From Azolla caroliniana (lineage: Eukaryota > Plantae > Polypodiophyta): a DNA stretch of 64,000 nucleotides. Numbering within the stretch: position 1 is the stretch's first letter; the number at the start of each line of letters is the position of its first letter. The translations under genes and the position numbers were made by a program. Positions 47,981-59,900 of this stretch are shown here, in pieces. Under the pieces are notes generated by a model, which was not told where the DNA came from, did not search any database, and saw only the letters and a program-made list of their open reading frames with translations. The DNA lies in NCBI GenBank assembly GCA_043228905.1, contig JBHGNT010000013.1:17546001-17610000 (forward strand). The letters run 5' to 3'.

Positions 47981-50900
47981 TCATTCTACAAAACTCAATA
48001 GGAATCCACTGACAACCCTTCTAGCTAGGGTGTTAGGAATGTGCCTGCAGAGCCTTCCATCAATGTAAGCCATTGCACTTGAGAGAACAAAACTCAACAT
48101 TACACTCCTTGCACTTCGGCGTGTTTTCTGACTCTCAGCAATAACATTTCCAGCTCCATTTTCAGTCTCTGTTAATTCATTGCTGTCTTGATGTTCATTT
48201 TCAACAGACACATTGTTGTCCTTATCTACTCCCCATTTAAACCATGTGCGAGCTTCATTTCTCAATGCACGGACTGCAAATATAACAAAAAGCTGTTCAC
48301 CCAAAGCAACAGCTGCTGGAACAAGCTTCTTGAATTCCTGTAAAAGGAACATGTTACCTTAACATATGTGAACACTTAAAAGATGGATACCATAATCTAA
48401 TTCATTTTGTATGCTCACGTTCTCATCCTGCAATCGCCGTAATGATTGTGTGGGTCTAGTTGATGTTCCACCCATCAGGAATCCTTCTCGCCCAAGAAAA
48501 CCTTTGACACATCCCATAATCTCCTCAATGAGCACGCTATTGGGTGGCAAGTTCTTCAAAAGAACCTGTACACGTACTTTAGTTGACATGATTGTTATCT
48601 TGTGAAAATACCCTACAATAATTTTAAGCTACTATTTTACCTCGTCATCCACCACTTTAACTCGTAGGTAGTCCTGTTTGAACATTGTGTCAAGCATAGC
48701 CTGCAGGTATCCTTCAATATAGGGCTGCATAGATAGATGCACGTGAATATGATTGTAAAGATAATAAAGTAAGATCACACAGTGAGTTGTGTGGCTATGT
48801 ACCTCATCAACCCCAGCATTACGATCTAATTTGATACGACGGTTCAATCCACCTTTTACTGCAGCACTTCTTAGAAAAGATGGCTCCATTGATATATTAA
48901 GTATACCCCTGCGAAAACCATTAACCTGGAATGGAAAGAAATGATCACATGGAGCATATAATAACAGCCCAGATGTATACACAAATTGAGATGCTTAGTA
49001 AGGTCCTAAAATTCTCTTCATGGCTTTATCTCTCAGTGGCTTTCGGAAGATTAGATGTTCATAAAGCTGCAATGTACATGATAAACATTTAACATGACGT
49101 AGACTTGGCAAATCCATTCCATTCAAGTGCAGTTTATAAGGAGCTTGAACACAAGAATCCAGGAATCTTTTCCCCTAGTGCAGTGTTTCCCATAACTAAA
49201 GCCTATCCTATCCATTAGATCATTTTCCCACCATAAATATCTAGTGAAAGCCATGATGAATCCATAGAACCATATTTTAAGTGAAGCTAATAGGGCCTGA
49301 ACAGTTTAATCTTACCATGCCATCAATACCTCCTGTTTCAGCACCCTTCAGAACATTGTCTGAAACCTCAGTTAATATGGCGAAAAGAATATTTGATCCT
49401 GCCGTTTTCATCTGCTCCATCAACAAAGTTATAATTAGACGCGGCATCTAGACTTTTATCAATTCCATTCAAGTATGATGGATAGAGGATTCATCTAAAA
49501 GAAAATCAATTTCACCATCCGTTCAAGATCTCCAATATATCGGCTTGTGCCACTGAAGCCTCTCCTATTAAGACCCTCACTGAGAATATTAAACATCCCT
49601 GCGAGTATCAATGGTGTAAATATGTGAACACTCTGTCAATTGAAAATGGAACCATCAGGTAGATCTCAGTAATACTGGATCGGCAATAGTCAAACACTGA
49701 TTATCTACAACAGTAATTACAAGTAAGCCTATCAATTCTATAATAATGAACATGCTGCGAGTATCAATGATATAAATAATGTGAACACTCACTCTGTCAA
49801 TTGAAAATGGAACCATCTTGTCAATTTCAGTAATACTGCATCGGCAATAGTCAAATGAACTTTTCGGCAAAAATCCCTTTCTTACAAGATCAATTCCTTT
49901 TATTTTCACTTCAACCGACCTAATTTCAGGTTACACTGATTATCTACTACAGTAATTACAAGTAAGCCTATCAAATTTAGATAAAGGCTATTAATCCTAT
50001 GACTACTGAAAGATAATTGATCGGCAAACAATCAGGCTCAATAGCAAGATTAGTGATCTTACTATGATGCATACCAAAGGGCTTGAAGCCACAATGTACA
50101 GGTTATGAAGACTAAGACTAAACAATCATTAATATAAACATCTAAATTTCATAAAAATTTCAGGTAGCCAGTATCAAAGGGAAGGTTTTGTGGAAACAGA
50201 GGATTACCTAGAGTAAGGCCTTGCAAGTCAACTGACCCATTTGATGGATCGAAAAATACATCAAGGGACGAGGCTGCTGAATCATCAAAAAGGGAAGTAA
50301 ATGCTGGCGGCAAAAGCTTACTACCTTTAGCAATATAAACTGCCCTCAATGCATACCTAGAAGAAAGTTAACAAGGGATTCATGTCAAATTAAATAGCAT
50401 ATATTGAAGAAGGGAGTTCAGAAACGAAATAATACATGTTCCTTACCAAGAGTAATGTTGCACACATTTAATTGCCAGTTGACGGAAAGTAAGTAAAGCA
50501 TGGCACAAAAGAACACCATTCAACTGTACTGTAAATCCTTTGATGGTTGGCACCTATGATAAAGAACAATAAAACAAATACATGACACGCGATAAAATTG
50601 TCACAAATTCACAGTACATCAAGATGTTGATGAGGGTTATATATGTTAGATCAAATGAATTGGTCATTATAGTTAAAAGCAGCCATTGAGACAATCCAGC
50701 ATCTGTAACCTTTGCAGTCATTGTCTGTAGTCAATCACCTAATAAGAGAGATTGAAAATCATAATGTGAGGAGAGAAAAAACGTTAGAAATAACTCGGTC
50801 ATTGGAACTTCTAGGGCAAATGGTGACAATTAATAGAAATCATTTTGCAGTTGAGCACTAGATCCTTCCAAGAGAGCACTAAAGAATTTGATCTCCTTGC

Positions 50901-53900
50901 ATTGCTAAAAACTTCTAATAATATAGCATTTTTAAGGACTCAAATTGTTAGGAATATAGTGAATCAACTAGATAGGCATATAGAGTTACACTCACAGAGA
51001 TGTATATATGGCAATACAAACTTTCTAATACATATGAGAGCAGCTCACAATGGTAGTTCTCCCGTGCGTTCACACCTTAGAGCTTAGATGGGACCTTGAC
51101 TGTTGGATTGTTAGTTGATACAGATTATACTCACAGCAGCTGTGTAAGTGAAAGAGATTTGATGTGTTTGGTCCTACTGTCATTAAATGTGCTAGATAGT
51201 AGTGGGGATATTGTTCCTTTCTGTCAACTTATTTAATATGACCTAGCTCCCAAATACAAGCTAGTGCTAGATAGTACTTATCTTGAAGTCAGTAGCTAGT
51301 GCTAGTGGGGATAGTAGTCAGTAGATAGTAGTAGGGATATTCTTCCTTTCCGTCAACTTATTTAATATGACCTAGCTACCAAATACAAGCTAGTGCTAGA
51401 TAGTACTTATCTTAAAGTCAGTGGCACATATTTCAAGAGTAAGTACATCTTAACTTGCCAACAAGGAATATGCTTTTAGTCAACCTGACTTCTGAATCTC
51501 GTTACCTTACTTCCCTCTTTCTTAAATACATTCCGTCCAACTCATCTAAGGTTTCTCACATTGACACCTCACCGACTGATATGGTTGGGTTGCATAATAG
51601 CTACTCCACATTTGGTGTGCTAGATCACAAATGTGCACTCTAAGAATACATGTAGGGATAAACTCACAACTTGGGGGTGATCATTGACTATATCTAACAC
51701 ATACTAAGTATGGTTCCATACCTTAATGAACGAATGTAACAATGCTCTGAGAGTTTCCTGAGCTGATGTATAATCTGCAAGACGCTGTCCAGGAAGAAAG
51801 CTACCCACTATCTGAACATAAGTAGGATGATATTGGTAAATTAATCCAAAACCAAAACCACTCATACAAGCATTAACTAAACAAGCTAGATCTTAGACCT
51901 TAATTGGATTGATTTCAAAGTGCTCAAAGTAGATTTGACGGCTTGAACTTGATTCTCCAAGAGAATAACGATAGAATGGAACAAGCTTCATCAATGTATC
52001 CTCATCTAAGTTTAAATCGATGGCCTGAAAAGCATGTTGTCAGTTAGGAAAGAGGAGGTTTGAAATACTTCTAGGTTACAGTGGATAATTGATCATCACC
52101 TGAAGCAGAATAGACGAGTATTTCACATACATTGGGCTTGATACTTCATTGGAAATTATTACAGCCATATGAAGCACAGTTTCGCCAATATCGAAGCGAT
52201 CTGCATTATGAACTCTCACCATTGCAGCAAATGGTGCTCCTTTCCATTTCTCATCCACACTTAAATTCTGCAGTAGAATCATGGCATCTCAAACTTTCAC
52301 CAACTGTTTTAAAGATGTATACAAAATATATTACCTGCACTTTGAGCTGAAAAAGCATATGTTTGTGGGTATTTGAAAGTTCAACTAAAATTCTTCTCAT
52401 CCTCATGGATATAAATGGCAACAGTTTTTCTAAATTATCAGGAGATCCTGCATCGATAACTTCATTGATCTGTTCAAAGTCAACAAACCCATGATCAGTT
52501 ATTATTAAGGTTTCACTGAATATATAACAAGCTCGACAGTGAAATCACATTAATCCTTCATTAAGTCTTAGAACTTGAAAGATATTGGCAAACTATTTGT
52601 GCACATGCCTGTTTTTTAGCTTCAAGCAATGTTATTCCAAGATCATGAACAACAAAATTCATCTTTGATGAAGGACTGGAAATATCTGCTTGAGTTTGTG
52701 TCATTTTAGAGGATTTGACATCTTCACACACTCTCAAAACTCTCTGTCGTCCATCTGCATATATCTCATATCCTATATTTACCAAATCTAATCTTTTTGC
52801 TAAGTTCGATTCATCCAAGTTATATTGTTCCATTGTCTCTAGTTGGCTTTGGAGAGACGTTGGTAGTCCAAATCCTCCTTTCTGTCTCACAGGCTGGAAT
52901 GACTTCCATGAGCTTAACTTATCTAGATTGATGTCCTTATATACCTGCACATCTGATGAACAAAAAAATCTGGTTAAATGTACTATCTTCCCCAGAAATT
53001 ATAAACTTGATAGCATATAATACGTCGTTACATAAATAAGCAGAATTTGCTCAACTCAAAGCTTGAATGGAGCAAGAATTACGGTAAATTTGGAGAGAAA
53101 GAAAGAAAGATACATTAACATCTTGTAAGAGGCCAAAATGGCCTATAAGACCAAACAAGAGATTACATCTTAAGCGTTGTCTCGTCTTTGAGAACAAATC
53201 AAAATAAAATAAATATTACATAGTAAATATAAAAGTAAATAAGATGAAAAGAGACGAGGGAATCTGGTTTTTGGCACATGTGAGATTCTCAAGTTAGATA
53301 TATTGTAGCTTTTGTCTTCGAAAGATCTCTAGCATAGAGAAAGAAAGAAAGAAAGAAAGAAAGATATATTAACGTCTTTTAAGAGGCCAAAATGGCCTAT
53401 AAGACCGAATAAGAGATTACATCTTAAATGTTTTCTCGTCTTTGAGAACAAATCAAAATAAAGTAAATATTACACAGTAAATATAAAAGTAAATAAGATG
53501 AAAAGAAAAGAGACGAGAGAATCTGGTTTTTGGCACATGCGAGATTCTCAAGCTAGGTGTATTGTAGCTTTTGTCTCCGAAAGATCTCTATCATAGGTCG
53601 ATCTAGAATGGAAATGTCTCAGAAGCGAGGGAAGCACCTACGATGGCTGGAGATAATGGCTTTTATTTGTCGATGACAAGGGTGTCGAGGTCGTGGTCCA
53701 TGGGGCCGGGGCCTACGTGCACGGAAAATTGCCATTGCCTGATCAATCGTAACCCCTTTGTTATATCCTGGTTTGGATCCCATTTCTGTATCCTGGGGTT
53801 GACTTCTAGCATTAGGAGTGATGGAGCTAAAGAAAGTTGTGATTGTTCTTTGTGGATGAGCTTGTGTGGCTGTATTCTTCAACAACTTTTCCCGATGTCT

Positions 53901-56900
53901 CTTGAGCTCGAGCAAGAAAAGTCCTAGGCATCTTTGGTCCTCATATTCCATTACCTTGCGTAGTGGGCCAAAGCCTTGTTTAAAGATGCAATGGTATCTC
54001 CCTCTAATTTCATAAAAGACACTACAATGACAAACATAGTGTTCTTCAGATTCCACTCCTTGATGACACAATTGGCAAATTCTCTCTTCAAGAGGTAGTC
54101 GTGTATATCTGCCCACCTCAATCTGTAGCTGATGTGATGAGGTTCGCAGCTGCCCTATCACACTACGCAGCGCATAGGATAGATGTATGTCCATATAAGG
54201 TGGCCTTATGACAAATCCATCCTCCGATGTATATAAGAAGTGTGTCTTATAGTGGGCCATCTTTGTATCAAGTGGTATTTTGGGGCTGATCCATGTTATC
54301 TTGTTTTCTAAGTTAATAATATCAGTTCGGATCACTCTATTCTTTTCCACTTTGGTCATATTGAGATGGGGACAGTCCAAGCTATATTGGAACGGGGGTA
54401 GTGCATTTATACTCATGCCATGCGACTTGAACCATTGTTGCATTTCAGCATACCAACAATGAGTGTCTCCATTTTCAGCCAATTGTCTTGATGACATAAG
54501 TGCCAAGATAAAGTGTTCACCCACCAATCCATCATGATCTTGGGCCTTCCCGAATTGTAGCCTATCAATGGCATTTCTTACATTTTGTGGTGTAAAGAAG
54601 GTTGATTCATGTGGGCGTGAGGCATTCGGGTGGGGAAGAGGAGGTTGACTCGGGGTATCATATAGGACCTTTGCATATTCGTGCCACATTTGAGGTGAGG
54701 TCAGTTGTGTGGTGGGTTGCCTCTCATTAAACATTTTCCATGCTCTTTTACTCTCTCGTACTAGAAACAAGCGATACAAATGATCTTCAAATTTAGCCAA
54801 ATACAATCTCTTCTTCCTCCTTACGAGGCGTTGGAAGGTTGCTCTCGCTTGGTTGTGTGCATAAATGCCCCGAGTTACATCACGTTGCAAGCATCTCTTT
54901 GTATCACGACATTCATCATCATACGAACTATTTTGTATTACTCTACCGAGTTTGGGGGGGTTAGCCGTTGTGTGAGGGAAGGCTTTTGTGGCTGCTTTAT
55001 GCAATGATTTGGATAAACCTTGGGTAAGTTCTTCAAGGGGTGCGAAAGGATCCAAATCTAGCATGCCATTGTATACACCACAACTATAGACATCAATTGT
55101 CTCGCGAGTGAATAGATACCTAGCCAGCCCCCTCTCCTTAGCATATACATCCTTTGTGCATCCATCCTTTACCTCAAAGCGTAGATATGCATGATCAGCT
55201 GCCAAGCCAATAGGTCTTCCCGATATGGTGAACACTTTTATTTCAGGTATAAGAGATGGAGATCCCATTAGATAATCGACTGTGCTTGCACCCCCTTTTG
55301 GGTTCCAACATGTCAAAGCATCTGATCCAGGCCATTGTGACAAGCCATTATATATCACAGGTCCATGCGCGCTTCCCAAGGCTAGAAAGTGTTTTCCATA
55401 TTCAGTTATAGCACTCATATCTTGAGCTTTTCTCTTTAGACCAACCTCTTCCGCCATAACTTTTCCATAGACAGCCTCGTCAATGTTAAATATAGTTGTT
55501 TGTTCATCCTTGGTTCGTGCATTAAAATCTCCTAATAGTATTATATCCCCCATAGTAGCAAATCTTATGATATCATCATATAGTGGTAGATATGGTGATT
55601 CACCTAGAGGCGCAAACCTTGAATAGGCAGGTGGAAAGTAGCAAATTGCAATATATAGCTCCCTAAGATCCCCTCTTTTTATGCATATCCACATGTAGCG
55701 TGCATCCACATCCTTATGTACAACATGCACTCTACCATGGAGCTCCTCTTTGCATAGCATAGTCACTCCTCCCGAACCTCTAGTGCTTCCTCGTGTCCGA
55801 GGTTGGGGGCGACATATTGACTCCCATTTGTATCCTTGGACCTCGGGGAGTTTGCTAGCCATGAAAGAAAGAAAGATATATTAACGTCTTTTAAGAGGCC
55901 AAAATGGCCTATAAGACCAAACAAGAGATTACATCGTAAGTGTTGTCTCGCCTTTGAGAACAAAATATAAAAATAAAAATAAAAATTACTCAGTAAATAT
56001 AAAAGTAAATAAGATAATAAGAGACGAGGGAATCTGGTTTTTGGCACATGTGAGATTCTCAAGTTAGATATATTGTAACTTTTGCCTTTGAAAGATATCT
56101 AGCATAGGTCAATCGAGAATGGAGAGGTTTTGGAGAAAGAAGAAAGAAGAAAGGAAGAAAGAAAGATATTAACATCTTTTAAGTTGCCAAAATGGCCTAT
56201 GAGACCAAACAAGACATTATGTCGTAAGTGTTCTCTTGTCTTTGAGAACAACAAATCAAAATAAATGTTCTAAGTAAAAGAAGTAAATAAGCTAAAACTG
56301 CTTATGTTAACTCATTGAATGGAGTTGCAAAAGCAAAACAATAGATTGGAGCCAAAATTTCTGCCCTCTGAAAATATCCACCATTAACTGATTCAATATG
56401 GAGGTTGATCAGATGCACAATGATTTCATCAGCGTAACCATTGAAGCTGTTATGACTTCTCTGAGTCGTGATTCCACTTTGGCACACAACACACTGGTCG
56501 TGAAGAAAAGTGCACCAGTAAAGGACACTGAGTAACTAAGGAAGTATACAAAAATGGAGTAGAACTAGTCAAATAGGGGGAAAGGCAATCCAATGGGCAG
56601 CCTGGTGTGAAACGACCACATTATGATGTAAAAGCTATAAAAGCCACCTTGTGGTGTCTTTTTAGGTTCTTCTCATTCTTAAGAATCTCCTAGTGATTAA
56701 AGCCCCAAACCTCCTCTCTACTTCCTTGTAACCAAGAGCTTAAGAGAGATTAGCGATAGTGTTTAGTGAATAAACACTAATCTCTCCCCTTGGTTGGTGC
56801 TAGACCCCCTTGAATAAGCATGGTGGAATAAAACATATATATTGTTTTCTACTTGTTAAGTGCTAAGAGAGTAAGTGAGAGTGTGTGAGAGAGAGATTAG

Positions 56901-59900
56901 TATTAATCATATATCATTAAGTGAGTTAATGGATTAGAGGTATTTGACAAATACCTCCGCCCACATATATAAGAATCCTAAAGGCCTAAGATTGATATAT
57001 TTTCAAAATCAATTGTTTGACATGTTTAGGCACGATCAAGGATGAGGAGAAGCTCGCCACGGTCGTGGCAATACTCGATGAACATCACAAAAGTCCATAA
57101 ATGCACAATTAGAGGGTGGGTTGGTGGCGTGCGTCTTCAATATGGAGAAGCTCCACACGGCCTCCCATTCATCACAGCGCCACGTGTCAAGACACTGGGC
57201 AGCCTAGTGTGAAGAGGCCACACTCATATTGTAAAAGCTATAAAAACCGCTTCATTGCGTCTATTATGGTTGTCCACATTAATTAAAGCATTATGCCTCC
57301 CCTTCTATCTCTCTAATTATAATTAAATGCTAAAAGAGATTAGCGATAGTGATTAGTAAGCCAAGTGCACATCTCTCTCAGGGTATACGCCGGTCTGACC
57401 CCCAAGCTAATGACATCAACGGGAGGAAAAACTCTATCGATTGATAGAAGTGATTCGGTGAGGTGCACGGAATCGACACAGCCTTATCCATATTTAATTA
57501 GTGTCCTCACCATCACGCCCATCATTGCTGTTAGCAAGATGGATGGAGACTCCAGTCCTACTTAACATTAAACAATGGGAAGTAATAATGGCTAGAGAAA
57601 TTGGAACATTCTGGAGATTAAGATTTTAGATATAAGGAGATTATGATCTTCTTTGTTTGTGATAATATGACTCTAGACAAGGAAGGAAAATGGGATGATA
57701 TAGAGATGATAAGGTCATTATTATAGAGAAGCGTGATGCATGAATGTATGGCCTATGAGACCTTACACATGACTACAAGGAATTGCAATGGCTCTCTATG
57801 GACAGATGCTGGGTATTTTGCAGATACCTTCAAGAACACAGATATTGCTAATACATGGCTAATGAACACCCCAACGTACAAGGATATCAGTGGGAATCGG
57901 CATGTTGTTCCCAACCATGGACACTAAGAAGCACTAGAGTTTTGGAGGAGTGTCTGTGTTGTACAAAAAGGAGCTCCATGATAAGAGTGCATGTTGTGCA
58001 TAAGGATGTAGATGCACTTATATGTGGATATGAATCAAAAGAGGAGATCTTAGGGAGCTATATATTGCAATTTTCTACCTTGCCCCCAACTATTTGTGGT
58101 TTGCAGCTCTAGGAAAATCACCATATCTACCATCATATGATGATGTCATAACATTTACTACTATGGGGCACATAATACTATTAGGAAACTTCAATGCACA
58201 AGCTAAGGATGCACAAACTATGTTTGACGCCAACAAGGCTGTTTATGCAGAAGGTATGACAGAAGAGGTTGGTCTAAAGCAACAAGCTCATGATATGAAT
58301 GAAGTAATGGAATATGTCGAACACTTTCTAGCCTTGGGAAATGCACATGGATTTGTGATATATAATGGTTTGTCACAATGGCCCAGATCAGATGCTTTGA
58401 CATGTTGGAACCCAAAGGAAGGTGCAAGCACATAGTCGATTACCTGATGAGATCTCCATCTTTTATACCCAAAATAACAGAGTTTACTATCTTGGGTAGA
58501 CCTATTGGCTTGGCAGGAGATGAAGCATGCCTAGGAAGATAACATATGTCATTCTCCACACTACAGGCAATGTATCCAAAACTGGTGAAGTCACAGAACA
58601 TAGTTGGTATGATGAGGAATGTTGTGATGCCAGGGAATACTAGCAACCTGAAAGCTACTCAAGGGATTTGTACACACAAAAAAGCAAGACCAAGCTTCCA
58701 ACGCCTTCTGATGAAGAAGAATTCATATTTGGCTGAATTTGGGGCACATATGTATCGCTTGTTCCTAGAACAAGAAGGTTAAAAAGCATCGAAAAAGTTT
58801 AATGAAAGGAAACCTACCAAACAACTGACCTCACCTCAGGTGTGGCATGACAATGCCACGGTATTGTATGATATCCCTGGGCAGCCCTCACTCTCCCACC
58901 CATATTGCAATCTTCAGGATCAGAGACCCCCGATGATGAGAAATTATAGGATAATCATGATTGGCCAATACTTGGTTGAATTATATTGCTCAAATCTAGG
59001 TCAGAATTGACTGCCATTGAGCTGAACAGGCAGGCTTTTGAAAGAGGTTTGTAAAGAATCTAACTCTTGTAGAGTTGGGGTATGAGGAAGTATAGTGCAT
59101 GTGTGAGAGTGGGTGTGGGAGCAAGAGCAGGAATCAGAGAAAATAACCAGAAATAATAAAATACACATCAGGGGGATGACAGCTTATGCACTGAAGAGAA
59201 AACTATATTAATAAACTAAAGATCATAAACTGAACACAATTGGCCAAGGTGGTTTTACATACAAGTCAAGGCACTACCACATTAAACATGGTTGGTGGAG
59301 TCTACTCATAGATATCCACTCGAGTACAATTCTATCATAAGAATATCTAATACTCTTTGACCACATTTACACTTGACAACTAACTAGATATCACAATCAA
59401 CTAGACAGTTCACATGGATTACAATAAAGTGTGCTTCACATTGTGCTTTTCTTCATAAGCACATGTTCACACAAGTTGAACTATTCCCGGTGCTTCTATT
59501 GCTTCAGAGCTCTCTCCATTCTAGACTGATGTCTGCTAGAGATTTTGAAGACAAAATTACAATGTAACTGACTAAAGAGTCTTACATGCATAGAGAATGG
59601 GATTCTCTAGCCACTTCTGTTCTGAAAGATGGGACAACATTTTAAGATGTAATCATTATTTCCATTTTTTTCTTTCTTTTCGCTAACTAGCAATGATTTC
59701 CAAAGAGAGAAAGATTTTGGTGTCAGGTGATAATGGCCATGATAATGGTATATGTACACTGGTACAATGTCCCAGTCTGTGAAGCAATTCCTATGGCTTC
59801 TAAGATCCCAAGCACAGTTGCAAGAAGGTAAAAAGAAATGCTACTTGGGCTTCCAAATGACTTGCAAATCTGATATCAAATCTTACTCGAAATGCATACA

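Noticed and set aside
53097-56123. Interpreting copies A and C as LTRs, or as a giant TSD around the 747-aa ORF
   Set aside because: No TG..CA ends, PBS or PPT; the same sequence is the ORF's own 3' UTR; A and C differ at many sites; identical tails occur alone elsewhere (37024, 63921)
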